From the NCBI GenBank assembly GCA_963833985.1, contig CAWIAD010000002.1, positions 32,001-96,000 of the forward strand: DNA of 64,000 bases, written 5' to 3'. How positions within the stretch are numbered: the first letter of the stretch is position 1; each line of letters begins with the position of its first letter. The position numbers and the translations under genes were made by a program. Below are positions 8,133 to 20,147 of this stretch, in pieces. Under the pieces are notes generated by a model that had not been told where the DNA came from, made no database searches, and worked only from the letters and a program-made list of their open reading frames with translations. This stretch comes from an uncultured Planctomycetaceae bacterium. GTDB lineage: Bacteria > Planctomycetota > Planctomycetia > Isosphaerales > Isosphaeraceae.

Positions 8133-11100
8133 TCAGCCCTTGTGCTGCGCGGCCCGCTCCGCCTCCTGCACCAGGTGCTCGACGATGCTGTCGAGCGCCT
8201 CGCCCTCGACTTCCTTCGCCCGGATGATCCCCTGGGCATCGATGACGAACACCGAGGGGATTTCGTTGACCCGCCACCCGCGATGGATCGGCCCGCTCTC
8301 CGGGCCTTCCCACCAGCACGGCCAGGTGACCAGCCCCTCCTGGATAGCCCTCTTCAGCGTTTCCTTCTCGAAATCGTAGCTCACGCTCAGCACGGCAAGC
8401 GGGCGGTTCTTCATTCTCTGGACGAGACCCCGCTCGATCCCGTATTTGGCGTCGTGCGAATCGCTCATGGTGAAGACCAGGACCACCACCTTCCCTCGGT
8501 AGTCGCTCAGCTTCATCGGTCGTGCGTCGACATCGGGTGCGTCGATCTGAGGGGCTGGCTTGCCGCGTGCCAGCTCGCGAAGCTTGAAGATTTCATTGCG
8601 TGCTATCTCGACCGCCGGCTCGTTATGAACGGAGATGTCGCCGTACTGCTCGGCCAGCCGCGTATAGAGTTGCACGGCCTCGGACTCGAGCGATTCTGGC
8701 AAACCCGGCCGGGCGTCGTGGGGCGCGGTGCCGCCACACGCGCGGGCGAACAGCAGCCGCCATGCGTCCGGGTGTGGCTCCATCAGCTTGCGCAGTTCCC
8801 GGGCCTTGTACTTGAGATGCTCGGCAAGGCGGCAGCAGGCGGCTCCTTGAGCGCTATGGGTCGGAGCGCTGGCCAGACCAGCCCGCAGGAGCTTTTCCCC
8901 GGCTTGAGAATGGACCAGGTGCGGCGAACCGAGCTCCGCGTAGAGCGATCGCAACTCCTCATGAGCGACGTGGTCGCGGATCAAGAGGTCGGCGGCTTGT
9001 TCCGAATCGCCTGGAGTGAACTCGTTGGTCGCCACGTGAATCAACGCATCCACGGCGACCGGATCGCCCGCGTGCTTCTCGGCCAGTGCGAGAAAGCGTC
9101 TGGCATAGGCCGATTGAACGTGAGCCAGATTCTCCATGGCGGCCTTCTGCTCGCTCTCGGTCCGCGCCTTCATCATCGCCTCGTCCGCCCCGCGGCGTTT
9201 TGCCGCGTACTCGGCTGCAAGGGCAAGATAATCCGCTTTCGGCACGCGCGTCACCGATTCGGCAAGCCTGGGATAGGGCACCGGGCCGGCGCTGCTGTCC
9301 TTCCACGGCTCGCCCATCCGCCGCTCCCGCACCACGCCGTTGGACCGGATCAGGCTACCCCACGGCTGCTTGCGCGTGTCCCAGCCGCCATAGCCATCCG
9401 GGAATGGCAGATCGCTGAGCGTGAAGACGGCCGCCGGAATTTTGGCCCCCGTGTTGGCGTGCAGGTTCGTCACCCGCAGGTCCACTTCCTTTGTGGGCCG
9501 CATCTCCGCGCCGATGAACGCGGTCTTGACGTAGTGCCGGGGATACCAGACGCCGTCGGTCTTCGTCCATTCGCAGGTCTCCTCGCCCCAGGTCATCTTC
9601 TTGGCGTTTTGCACGGTGCCGTACTTGCAGTTGAGCGGCAAGCTGTCGACCGACTTGCCGCAGGTGATCTCCATCCAGCCGGTGTTCCTGGAAAAGCTCA
9701 TGGAGAAGTTGATTGTGCTGGCGTCCTCGCGTGATTCGATCGACTTTTGATTGCCCCAGAACTCCTTCAGCGTCATCGGCTCGGGCCGGAAGCACGACGC
9801 GTAATAGATCCAGGGGTCGAGATCGTGTCCATTCCGCCATGCGTCCCGGTCCTTTGGCGGCGGATCGACCTGGAGCACCACGCCATACGCGTCGTGATCC
9901 TGAATCTTCGCGAACAGCTCTCGGGTCCGCAGTGTGCTGTAGGTTCCCGGGGGCCTGGGTACCGGGTTGCCTTCCTTGTCGATCTGCTGGGGAAGTTCTC
10001 CCTCGAAGTCGTAGCGCACGGCCCCTTCGTTCCAGTACAGCCGGCCCTTGTAGGGATAGGCCTTGAACTTGAAGTGGTTCTTGCCGTCGTTGAAGAACTG
10101 TTCGCGCACGAGGTCGAAATCGTAGCTCAGGCGGTGCAGGGCGGCGTAGTTCTCCAGCGCCGAGCGGGCGCAGCGCTTGAGCCGGTCGCGGGTGGCCGCA
10201 TCGGCGTTGGAAAGCCGATCGACCCACGACCAGTCGTCGTTCACAGTCCGCTCGAACGGGCCAGGCTGCTCCGGGAAGGCAAACCGCGCCGTGGCCACGG
10301 CGGCCGCGCCGATGGTTGCGGCCAGGACCAGGCTCATGGTAAGCACCGACCCCGCGGCCGTGAGCTTGCCGACGAACAGTGATTTCGACACGTTTTCGGC
10401 CAGAGATGCCAGCGTGGGGGGAACAATCGCGGCAGCCGCCCCAACGGAGACGTACTCGACCGCGGCACGGGCCGTGGCGGCGACGAGCCCGGGCGGGACG
10501 GCCGCCGTGGCCGCGTCGCTGGTGAAGACCGCGGCCACCGCCCCTGCCGAAAACCCAAGGCCGCGGCGGACCAGCCGCTTCCGCAGCTTCTCGCGGGCCC
10601 GCACCAGCCGGCTCGACACCGTGCCCACCGGCAGCCCGAGGATGCGAGCGGCCTCCACATGGGTCTTGCCTTCCAGGTCGCAGAGCACGACTGGGCCGCG
10701 GAACGCGTCGGAGAGACGGCTCAGCTCCACGTCCAGCGCGGCACGCAGCTCGTCCAGGTCCTCGTCCGATGCGTTCTCGTCTCGTGTCATGGCGCTCACC
10801 TGCCCTTCACGTGTCAGACGGCGGGCCCTCACCACACTTTGTTCCCGAGCCGTTCGCACGGCGACGCCATACAGCCAGTTGGCCAGCAGCTCGCGCCGGC
10901 CGATCGAGCGGGCCTTGCGGGCGAGGACCAGGAACGTGGCCTGGAACGCGTCCTCGGCGTCGTCCGGATGGCGCAGGATGCGCCGGCAGACGGCCAGGAC
11001 CATTGGCCCATGCCGTTCCACCAGGGACGCGAACGCATCCTCCGCCTCCGGGCCGTTCACCGCCAGAAAACGTTCCAGTAATTGCGGATCGCTCAGGCCG

Positions 11101-11168
11101 CCCAGCGATCCGCTCCGCAGCAGCGTCTCCAGATCATGAGCCGCGGCGCCGGATGATGCTCGCGTCAT
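8133..11168 (-). CDS. ECF sigma-70 factor fused to a TM segment, a large extracytoplasmic region and a thioredoxin-like (AhpC/TSA) domain
   Basis: AFASLVERHGPMVLAVCRRIL..DAEDAFQATFLVL, sigma4 GTVSSRLVRAR; C-terminal APQIDAPDVD..MKLSDYRGKVVVLVF...IPSVFVIDAQGIIR. Confidence 0.9.
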   Translation of the reverse strand: MTRASSGAAAHDLETLLRSGSLGGLSDPQLLERFLAVNGPEAEDAFASLVERHGPMVLAVCRRILRHPDDAEDAFQATFLVLARKARSIGRRELLANWLYGVAVRTAREQSVVRARRLTREGQVSAMTRDENASDEDLDELRAALDVELSRLSDAFRGPVVLCDLEGKTHVEAARILGLPVGTVSSRLVRAREKLRKRLVRRGLGFSAGAVAAVFTSDAATAAVPPGLVAATARAAVEYVSVGAAAAIVPPTLASLAENVSKSLFVGKLTAAGSVLTMSLVLAATIGAAAVATARFAFPEQPGPFERTVNDDWSWVDRLSNADAATRDRLKRCARSALENYAALHRLSYDFDLVREQFFNDGKNHFKFKAYPYKGRLYWNEGAVRYDFEGELPQQIDKEGNPVPRPPGTYSTLRTRELFAKIQDHDAYGVVLQVDPPPKDRDAWRNGHDLDPWIYYASCFRPEPMTLKEFWGNQKSIESREDASTINFSMSFSRNTGWMEITCGKSVDSLPLNCKYGTVQNAKKMTWGEETCEWTKTDGVWYPRHYVKTAFIGAEMRPTKEVDLRVTNLHANTGAKIPAAVFTLSDLPFPDGYGGWDTRKQPWGSLIRSNGVVRERRMGEPWKDSSAGPVPYPRLAESVTRVPKADYLALAAEYAAKRRGADEAMMKARTESEQKAAMENLAHVQSAYARRFLALAEKHAGDPVAVDALIHVATNEFTPGDSEQAADLLIRDHVAHEELRSLYAELGSPHLVHSQAGEKLLRAGLASAPTHSAQGAACCRLAEHLKYKARELRKLMEPHPDAWRLLFARACGGTAPHDARPGLPESLESEAVQLYTRLAEQYGDISVHNEPAVEIARNEIFKLRELARGKPAPQIDAPDVDARPMKLSDYRGKVVVLVFTMSDSHDAKYGIERGLVQRMKNRPLAVLSVSYDFEKETLKRAIQEGLVTWPCWWEGPESGPIHRGWRVNEIPSVFVIDAQGIIRAKEVEGEALDSIVEHLVQEAERAAQHKG

Positions 11169-11300
11169 GGTTTGCCTCCTTCCCCAACCGAACGGGTCTT
11201 TTCCCCGTGTCATACTGGGGCGGCAGGGGACGACGCATCCCGGGTCGTCCCCGAGCGGCTCGGTTCGCGCACCGGCATGTCTCTTGCGCCGACGCACGCA

Positions 11301-12302
11301 TCACCGCGCCGGCGGTCTCCGCGGCAGCGACCACCAGACGGCGTCGAAGGCGGCCTTCGTCTCGTCATCGAGCGTCAGGTCGGCGGCCGGCAGGGTGTCG
11401 GCAAGCTGCTCCGGCCGGCTGGCACCCACGATGGCCGAGGTGATGCCGGGCTGCGCCAGCACCCAGGCGACGCTGGCCGTGGCCAGGTTCAGGGACCGCT
11501 CGTCGCAGAAGGCCTTCAGGCTGGCAACCGCCTCGAACTGGGCCGAATGCCAGTAGCGCTCGCGGTACAGCTCGCCCGCGGCTCCCAGCGTGAACCGCGT
11601 GCCGGCGGCCGGAGGCGCGTTGCCCTGGTGCTTGCCGGTGAGGAACCCGCCGGCCAGCGGGTTGTACACGATCACGCCGACTCCCTGGTCGCGGCACAGG
11701 GGCAAGAGCTCAGTCTCGATATCGCGGAAGAGCGCGTTGTACCGGGGCTGAAGGCAATCGTAGCGCGCCAGTCCCAGCCGCTCACTGGTGCCAATCGCCA
11801 GGGCGAGCTGCCAGGCGAGATAATTCGAGCAGCCGACGTAGCGGACCTTCCCCTGGCGCACCAGGTCGTCGAACGCGCGCAGGGTCTCCTCGATGAGCGT
11901 CTCGGCATCCGGCGAGTGCGCCTGGTAAAGGTCGATGTGGTCCGTCCTGAGCCGCCTCAGGCTGGCCTCGCAGGCGCGGAGGATGTGCCTGCGCGACAGC
12001 CCCTGGTCATTCGGGCCATGGCCCACGCGTACGCGGCACTTGGTGGCCAGCACCAGCGCCTCGCGCCGGCCGGGCTCTGCCGCCAGCCAGCCGCCGATGA
12101 CCTCCTCGGTGAAGCCGGCCGTCTCGGGCTCGGGCGGAATCGGGTACGCGTCGGCCGTGTCGATGAAGGTCACGCCGCGCTCGTAGGCCTCATCAAGGAT
12201 CCTCCGCGACGTGGCCTCGCTGGCCTGCCCGGCGAAGGTCATCGTTCCCAGGCAGATACTCGAGACCTTGAGGCCGGTCCGGCCCATCCTGCGCTGCTGC
12301 AT
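11301..12302 (-). CDS. Aldo/keto reductase
   Basis: GLKVSSICLGTMTF, DTADAY, LATK, SLRRLRTDHIDLYQAH, GKVRYVGCSN. Confidence 0.95.
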   Translation of the reverse strand: MQQRRMGRTGLKVSSICLGTMTFAGQASEATSRRILDEAYERGVTFIDTADAYPIPPEPETAGFTEEVIGGWLAAEPGRREALVLATKCRVRVGHGPNDQGLSRRHILRACEASLRRLRTDHIDLYQAHSPDAETLIEETLRAFDDLVRQGKVRYVGCSNYLAWQLALAIGTSERLGLARYDCLQPRYNALFRDIETELLPLCRDQGVGVIVYNPLAGGFLTGKHQGNAPPAAGTRFTLGAAGELYRERYWHSAQFEAVASLKAFCDERSLNLATASVAWVLAQPGITSAIVGASRPEQLADTLPAADLTLDDETKAAFDAVWWSLPRRPPAR

Positions 12303-12594
12303 GGTGGAAGCTCCTTGCAGGCAGGTCGATTGTCCTGAAACACCCGCCTGGAACTGCACGCATTTTACCGGCGTGGTCCACCCGGCGCAAGGCCCCGCGC
12401 ACCGGCGGACGCAATGGCGACCCCGGAAGGCCGCCGCGTGGCGGAGCCGGCGTACCCAGTCCCGGTCCGCACTGGCGGCAACTGGCCGGCCGCCTGGCGA
12501 AGGTCGCGAGACGACTTTGTCGGCCAGGGGGCCGAGATGGAAGTCGCACATCAAGCAGTTCCATACAACATCCATGGCTCGAAATGGGAGAACC

Positions 12595-15338
12595 TCAAAC
12601 GCGCCGCGGTGGAACAGTGGGCGGCCCCGAACGTGCCTCCGAACGTGCCACTTCCGGGGAATGACCTCGCTTGGCGGCGCATTCCTCGAACATGCGGGCG
12701 ACCAGGGCGGTCCACCCCGTCTGGTGGTTCGCCCCCAGACCTTGCCCGCTGTCCCCGTGGAAGTATTCGTAGAACCACACCAGGCCCTCCCAGTGCGGGT
12801 CGCCGGAAAACCGCCGCTCGGGCCCCTGGCAGGGGCGAACGCCGGCGGCGTCGGCCTGGAACAGCCGCGCCAGCCGCTCGCCGATTTCGTGAGTCACCTC
12901 GCCAAGGTGCTTGAGCCGGCCGGAGCCGGTGGGACACTCGACCCGGAACTCGTCGCCGTAAAAGTGGTGGTAGCGCTCAAGGGCCTCCATCAGCAGGTAG
13001 TTCACCGGGAACCAGACCGGCCCGCGCCAGTTCGAGTTGCCGCCAAAGTCCCGCGAGTCCATGTCGCCGGGCACGTACGCCACCCGATACTCCCTGCCGT
13101 CCGCCTGGAACACGTACGGCTGGTCGCGGTACACCGCCGAGAGCGACCGCACGCCGTGGGGTGACAGGAACTCCCGCTCGTCGAGCAGGTAGCGAAGCGC
13201 GCGCCCAGGCGCTCACGGCCGGCGAGGGCAAGCAGCATCCTGCGCTGCCCTACCTGGCCTTTCTGCTCCAGAACGGCGATGTGGCGGAACAGGTCCTTGC
13301 GATACTCCAGAAACCACTCCATCCGCTTTTGAAAACGCGGCAGGTTCGGCTGGATGACCGCTTCGTCCAGAACCTCCACGGCCAGGAGCGGAAGCCAGCC
13401 CACCAGGGAGCGCACCCGCAGGGGTACCGACACGTCGCCAGCCTTGAGATGGTCGTAGTAGAAGCCGTCTTCCTCGTGCCACAGACCGCTGCCGCCCAGG
13501 CTGTTCAGGGCGTCGGCAATCTGCACGAAATGCTCGAAGAACTTCGAGGCGATGTCCTCGTACGCTCGGTCATGCAGCGCCAGCTCTACTGCCATCGCCA
13601 GCATCGTGGTGCAGTAGAAACCCATCCAGGCCGTCCCGTCCGCCTGCTCCAGGAAGTCGCCGATCGGTAGCGGCCGCGAGCGGTCGAAGATGCCGATGTT
13701 GTCGAGCCCGAGGAACCCGCCGGAGAAGACGTTCCGCCCGCTCAGGTCGATGCGGTTGACCCACCAGGTGAAGTTCAGGAGCAGCTTCTGGAAGGCCCGC
13801 TTCAGGAAGCTGGTGTCCCGCCGCCCCTGCTCAGCGGCGATCTTGTACACCCGCCAGCAGGCATAGGCATGGACGGGAGGGTTGACGTTCGACAGGTCGT
13901 ACTCGAAGGCCGCGAGCTGGCCGCTGGGGTGCATGTACCACTCGCGGAGGAATAAAAGCAGCTGATGCTTGGCGAACTCCGGGTCGATGCGCGCCAGCGG
14001 GACCATGTGAAAGGCCATGTCCCAGGCGAAGAAGGCGGGATACTCCCACTTGTCCGGCACGCTCAGCACGTCCCGGCTGTAGAGGTGGTGGCACCACCCG
14101 GCATTCGGCTGGCGCCACCGGCTCTGGGGCGGTTTCGGCTGGTGCTGGTCCCCTTCGAGCCACTCCGAGACGACCCAGTGGTAGAACTGCTTCGACCACA
14201 GCAGCCCGGCGTAGGCCTGCCGCGCAATGAGCCGCTCATCAGCGCTGAGATTCTCCGGGATGCGGGCCGCGTAGAAGGCATCGGCCTCGCGGACCCGCTT
14301 CTCGAAGAGCTGGTCGAACTCATGGCCAAAAGGGAGAGCGATGGCCTCGTCCTCGGCGCTGAGGCGCAGGCAGAGGGTGTGCTGCGCCCTGGGCGGGAGC
14401 TCCAGCAGGTAATGGGCTGCCGCCTTCGTCCCCCGCCCCCCGGGGCTCACCACACCGCGCTTGCCGTGGACCACGTACTCGTGGAAGGCGTCCTTGACGT
14501 ACGGATTGGGGTTGGCCGCCCCGTGAACGCGCGCGAGGTTCGTCTCGTTCTCGGTGAAGAGCAAGACGGGCGATCTGCCGTCGGGGCCGGGTGCCAACCG
14601 GAGCCGGAAGCGGCCGAGCGTGGCGTGCTCGGCTGCAACGGCATCCTCGCCGGCCTGCTCCAGGCTGGGCCGCGGCCACCGGCCCTCCTCGTGAACGCTG
14701 CCCCACGACCAGGTGTTGCGGAACCAGAGAGTGGGGAGCACGTGCAGCCGCGCAGCCTGGGGGCCGCGGTTGGCGACCGTGATGCGGATGAGGATGTCGT
14801 CGGGACCGCCCTTGGCGTACTCGGCCAGCACATCGAAGTAGCGGCCGTCGTCAAGGACGCCCGTCTCGACCAGCTCGAATTCGGGCTCCGTCCGGCTCCG
14901 GCGGCGATTCTCGTCCAGCAGCCAGGCGTAGGGGAACTCGGCCTGGGGGTACTTGTAGAGCGCTTTCAGGTAGGAGTGGGTCGGGGTGGAATCCAGGTAG
15001 AAGTAGCACTCCTTGACGTCCTCCGAGTGGTTCCCTTCCGGGTTGGTCAGGCCGAAGAGCCGTTCCTTGAGGATGGGGTCGCGCTCGTTCCAGAGGGCCA
15101 GGGCGAAGCACAGGCGGCACTCGCGGTCGGCGATGCCAAGCAGGCCGTCCTCGCCCCAGCGGTAGGCGCGGCTGCGGGCGTGTTCGTGGGGGAAGTAGTC
15201 CCAGCAATTGCCGTCTGGCGAATAGTCCTCACGGACGGTCGCCCACTGCCGCTCCGAGAGGTACGGTCCCCACCGCTTCCAGTTCTTTTCGCGGACGGCG
15301 TCCGCTTGCAGTCGCCGCGCCTCCGGGTCCTGGCTCAT
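12595..15338 (-). CDS. GH63-like (mannosyl-oligosaccharide glucosidase / MGH1-type) glycoside hydrolase, frameshift at ~13200
   Basis: WKRWGPYLSERQWATVREDYS, PDKWEYP..AWD, FLGLDNIG, EQADGTAWM; resumes as LRYLLDEREFLSPHGVRSLS..GGNSNWRGPVW..HQTGWT. Confidence 0.88.
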
Positions 15339-15445
15339 GGTTCCACACTCGGATTGTCAATGCCGACAGCAAGCCCGGGATACTCGTGAGACCAGGCCGG
15401 TGAGACCACGCCCGGCGTGCGCGCTGGCCAGGTCGCTCACCTGGC

Positions 15446-16033
15446 TCAGGCGATCTTGCACGCTTCGTCAAACTCCAGCCGCGGCAAGCGCGGATGGAGC
15501 TTGGCGGCGTCACCGTAGCCAAGGTTGCAGAGGAAATTGGATTTCACCGTCGTCCCGGCAAAGAACTCGGCATCGACCGTGGCGTTGTTGAAGCCGGACA
15601 TGGGCCCGCAATCGAGGCCCAGCGCGCGTGCCGCCAGCATGAAATAGGCACCCTGAAGTGACGAGTTCCGCAGCGCGATGTACTCCAGCACGTGTTCCGG
15701 CAGGTCCTTGAACCAGGCTCGCGCGTCGGTGTGCGGGAAGAGCCTGGGGAGCTGCTCGCGGAACTGGATCTCCATCCCCAGAATGGCGGTGACCGGCGCC
15801 GCCATGGTCTTGGCCAGGTTGCCGGCGTTCAGGGCGGGTTTCAGCCTCTCCTTCGCCTCCGCCGACTTCACGAAGACGATGCGCAGCGGGCACATGTTCG
15901 CCGAGGTCGGCCCCAGCCTGGCAAGGTCGTAGACCTGCCTCAACAGGTCGTCGGCCACCGGCCGGTCCAGCCAGGTATCGTGTGTCCTGGCCTTGCGAAA
16001 GATGAGGTCCAGACACTCCTCGTTCATCTCCAT
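15446..16033 (-). CDS. Nitroreductase family, malonic semialdehyde reductase (RutE-like)
   Basis: [33 protein letters not shown]...[25 protein letters not shown]. Confidence 0.9.
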   Translation of the reverse strand: MEMNEECLDLIFRKARTHDTWLDRPVADDLLRQVYDLARLGPTSANMCPLRIVFVKSAEAKERLKPALNAGNLAKTMAAPVTAILGMEIQFREQLPRLFPHTDARAWFKDLPEHVLEYIALRNSSLQGAYFMLAARALGLDCGPMSGFNNATVDAEFFAGTTVKSNFLCNLGYGDAAKLHPRLPRLEFDEACKIA

Positions 16034-16477
16034 TTCCAGCCCTCCCGTGTATCCCGTCCAGCCCGGCAGCAATGTCCCGCGAGCGGAAGGCCGCAGGCAT
16101 GCGAGGTACGCACCTGAGCCTGCCTGCACAGGCGATGCGTTTCCCCGTCGTCAAACGACTCCGAGGATTGTCCAGGGCCGCGGGCGCCCAGGCAAGGACA
16201 ATCAGGAGTAGACCCAGCAGTCGTGTCACCAGCCTCCATCTGGCGCGGGTGCTTTTAGTCTGAGCGTGATCGCAGCAGCTCCAACACGGACTGAGCGTGT
16301 GGCCTCAAGGCCAGTTCGCCCGGAGCGACGCCTGCCTATCGCATCTTTGCCTTTGGGTCTATGCTGAAGGATAGTCGTCCGTCCTCAGGGTGGTCTCGCC
16401 CGGGTGAAGCCGGGGCAAAGGCGTTTCGTGGTCGATAGGGACCATGAGGGGCGGATGGCCGGGGACGACCGCTTGCC

Positions 16478-17062
16478 ATGACCGAAGTGACCCGCATCCT
16501 CGCGGCGATCGAGCAAGGTGACCCGCAGGGTACCTTGCGGCTTCTCCCGCTGGTGTACGACGAACTGCGTAGATTGGCTGCCCAGCGGTTGGCGCAGGAG
16601 AAGCCCGGGCAAACGCTCCAGGCCACGGCCTTGGTCCACGAAGCGTACCTCCGTTTGCTGGGTGGCGAGCACGACCAGAACTGGCACAGTCAGGGCCATT
16701 TCTTCTCCGCTGCGGCCGAGGCCATGCGCCGCATCCTGGTCGATAATGCCCGCCGCAAACGTACCCGTAAGCGCGGTGGCAGACTGATGCGCCATGACCT
16801 TGACGATGTCCAACTGGCTGCACCGGAACTCGGCGAAGATCTGCTGGCCCTGGACGAAGCCCTCGACCTGTTGGGTAAGGAAGACCCGGTCAAAGCCGAG
16901 CTGGTCAGGTTGCGCCATTACGCAGGTCTCACGGTCGATCAGGCAGCCGAGGCGCTTCACATTTCACCCGCCACCGCCGATCGATACTGGGCCTATGCGC
17001 GAGCCTGGCTACATGACGCCATCACGGGCGGTGCGGCATCCGGGTCAGACAGCCTCGCATAA
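16478..17062 (+). CDS. ECF-type sigma factor (kinase-associated, TIGR02999-like)
   Basis: LLPLVYDELRRLA, TLQATALVHEAYLRL, AMRRILVDNAR, WAYARAWL. Confidence 0.92.
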   Translation: MTEVTRILAAIEQGDPQGTLRLLPLVYDELRRLAAQRLAQEKPGQTLQATALVHEAYLRLLGGEHDQNWHSQGHFFSAAAEAMRRILVDNARRKRTRKRGGRLMRHDLDDVQLAAPELGEDLLALDEALDLLGKEDPVKAELVRLRHYAGLTVDQAAEALHISPATADRYWAYARAWLHDAITGGAASGSDSLA

Positions 17063-17163
17063 AAGCAAAGAAAAACCAGATAACCATGAGGTCGTCGAGC
17101 CCCGATTCTCGCATTGCAGGGTAAGGCCGATGACGCAGTGCTCCCTTTTCAGCGGTGTTCTTG

Positions 17164-19913
17164 ATGACCGTAGACGCAATCTTCGCCCAGGCGCTTGCGA
17201 AGAGCACAATGGCCGAGCGTACGGCTTACCTCGATGAGGCGTGTGCCCATGACCGGATGTTGCGTCAGCGGGTCGAGACATTACTCCGATCACACGAGGC
17301 AGCGGGCGACTTCCTGGGAAAGCCGGCCATTCAATGCGCGGCGGAGGAAATCGCGGGGCCCGCGTGTGTCGAGGATACGCAAGCCGAACCGCCCGTGGAC
17401 GATGGGGAACGGGAACCGCTCGGTTTCCTGGCGTCCTCCGACAAGCCCGGCTCCCTGGGCCGGCTGGGGCATTACGAGGTCCTCGAAATCATCGGCCGTG
17501 GCGGCATGGGCATCGTGCTGCGCGCCTTCGATGGAAAGCTGCACCGCGTGGTTGCTATCAAGGTCATGGCGGCCCAGCTGGCGACCAACGCGACCGCGCG
17601 GAAGCGTTTCACCCGCGAAGCCCAGGCCGCGGCCGCGGTCACGCACGACCATATCGTTACCATCCACGCCGTCGAGGAAGCCAACGGCCTACCTTACCTT
17701 GTCATGCAGTACGTGTCCGGCTTGACTCTCCAGCAACGGCTCGACCGCAGTGGGCCGTTGGAACTCAGAGAGATCGTCCGGATCGGTATGCAGACGGCCG
17801 CCGGCCTGGCCGCCGCCCACGCTCACGGCCTGATTCATCGCGACATCAAGCCGGCGAACATCCTTTTGGAAAACAGCATCGAGCGCGTGAAGATCACCGA
17901 CTTCGGCCTGGCTCGGGCAGCCGCGGATGCCAGCCTGACGCAGAGCTGGGTCGTCGCCGGAACACCGCATTACATGTCGCCGGAGCAGGCGCGCGGGGAA
18001 GTCGTCGATCAGCGCACCGATTTGTTCAGCCTCGGCAGCCTGCTGTATGCAATGTGTATGGGCCGACCGCCGTTCCGCGCCGACTCCATCATGGCCGTGC
18101 TCAAGCGCGTCTGCGAGGAGATGCCGAGTGGGATACGCGAGGCCAATGCTGAGATCCCCGACTGGTTGGTGGCCGTCGTCAATAAGCTGCTCGCGAAGGC
18201 CCCCGCCGATCGCTTCCAGTCGGCGGCCGAGGTTGCGGAGTTGCTGAAGGATCACCTGGCCCACTTGCAGCATCCCTCGGTTGTCGGGCGGGCCGCAGCG
18301 AATCTCGCTCCTCCCTCCGGGAGCGTCACCCGAGGCGAGGACGTTGGTTTCCAGCCAGCCCCGTGCCGGCGCCCCTGGACGCTGGTCGGTGCCGCGTTGC
18401 TGTTGTGCTGCGTCGGCGGCCTGGGATTCGCCGAGGGTACAGGCGTCACCAACCTTCGTGCCACGGTGATTCGCATCTTCACGCCTGAGGGGACGCTGAT
18501 CATCCAGGTGGATGATCCCGCCGTGAAGGTGACCATCGAAGGAGACGGCGGCATCGTCATCACAGGCGCCGGGCTGCAAGAAGTTCGCCTCAAGCCGGGC
18601 AGCTACAAACTGCATGCGGTCAAAGACGACAAGCCGGTGCGGCTCGATCAAGAATTGATCACAATCACTCGCGGCGATAAGCAGATGGTGAGGGTGCATC
18701 GGGAAGGCGAGGTGGCCGGGGCCAGGATCGCAGCCGACGCGGGGCCGGGCGCCTTCGCGCTCCTGGGCGGCAAAGGCGTCGCCGAGCGGAAGTTCGACAC
18801 ATTGGCCGAGGCGGTGCAGGGAGCCAGCGAAGGCGACACGATCGAGATCCACGGCAACGGGCCGTTCGTCAGCGAGCCGATCGCGATCTCAAATGCCCTC
18901 ACGATCCGGGCCGGCAAGGGATTCCGGCCCAGAATCATCCGATCAGAAACCCAGCCGCGCCATAACTTTCTGTTGGTGTCCGACGCGCCGCTGAATCTGG
19001 AAGGCCTCGAGCTGGAAATACCGGACTTTCGAGATCAGATGTTCAGGTCCGTGGTAATGTGCCGGCGTACCACGATTCAGGCGGCGCACTGTCGATTCCT
19101 GGTGCGGGGGATCGGGATCTCACTGAACTACGGAGATTCACTCATCGCGGTCGCGCGGAATTGCGAGTTCATCGGCGGAACTCATCCCGCCATTGGCGGC
19201 ATGAGTCTCCCGGCCGGGCGCAGCGGGTCATGGAGAACTGTGTCGTCGTCGGAATCACTCCCATGGCCATGTATTTCACGAACTCCGCCGGGAGTGACAT
19301 TTCCGTTCGCCTGATTCATAACACCTTCGTCGTCAACTGGAACCCGGTGATTTATTTCCGCCTGGGGGCAGCGGTCAAGATCCCGGTAGCAAATCAACAG
19401 CGTCGACCTCTCACGATTGACTTCTCGTCCAACATCTTGCAGGCGAAGAATCTGGTATGGCTCCATCAATTCACGAATGAAGACTCCATCGAGCCCGCGA
19501 AGGCCGAGGTCCTTTTCCGCCGCCTGGTCGACTGGCGCGAACACCAGAATCTCGAGAGTCTGAGAGGCGTCTACCTGGCATCGACGGTTGCCGAGGGATT
19601 TCCGGATTCGCAACGTCTCAAGAACCGGGCGGAGTGGGACAGGTTCTGGGGTTCGGACCACATGGGGGCTCGGGAGGGGCAAGTTCGCTATCAGGGTGGC
19701 AATCTCATGGCCAGATTCGCGAGGGAGCCGGAGAAACTCGGACCCGAGGACTTCCGTCTGAGGCCCGATAGTGACGGCTATCGCGCCGGTGACGATGGCA
19801 AGGACATCGGCGCAGATATCGACCTCGTTGGCCCGGGCCCGGCCTACGAGCGCTGGCAGCAGACCCCCGCGTACCAACAATGGCTCCAGGACACGGGGCA
19901 GGTGAACAAATAA
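17164..19913 (+). CDS. Hanks-type Ser/Thr kinase with TM and extracytoplasmic beta-rich region, frameshift at ~19210
   Basis: GRGGMG, VAIK, HRDIKPAN, DFG, GTPHYMSPEQ; C-terminal part continues in the frame of ORF 19059-19913. Confidence 0.88.
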
Positions 19914-20147
19914 AGAAACGTTCGCCCATCTTCCATCGCAGCTCGTCAGACAGTAGTTCGTAGACGGCACGAGGAGCGCCGGTCAGGCCCTGCCTCCAGG
20001 TGGCGCCGAGAGCGCCGGGCGCCCGGTCTGCGCGCGGGCGGGGCGCCATGAGACTTCCGATGAATCGATTCGCGTGGAGTTCATCCGACGGTCGCATTTT
20101 TCCCTTGGGTCAAGCACATCGGACCTTTTGACGTGGAAGGTAAAACC

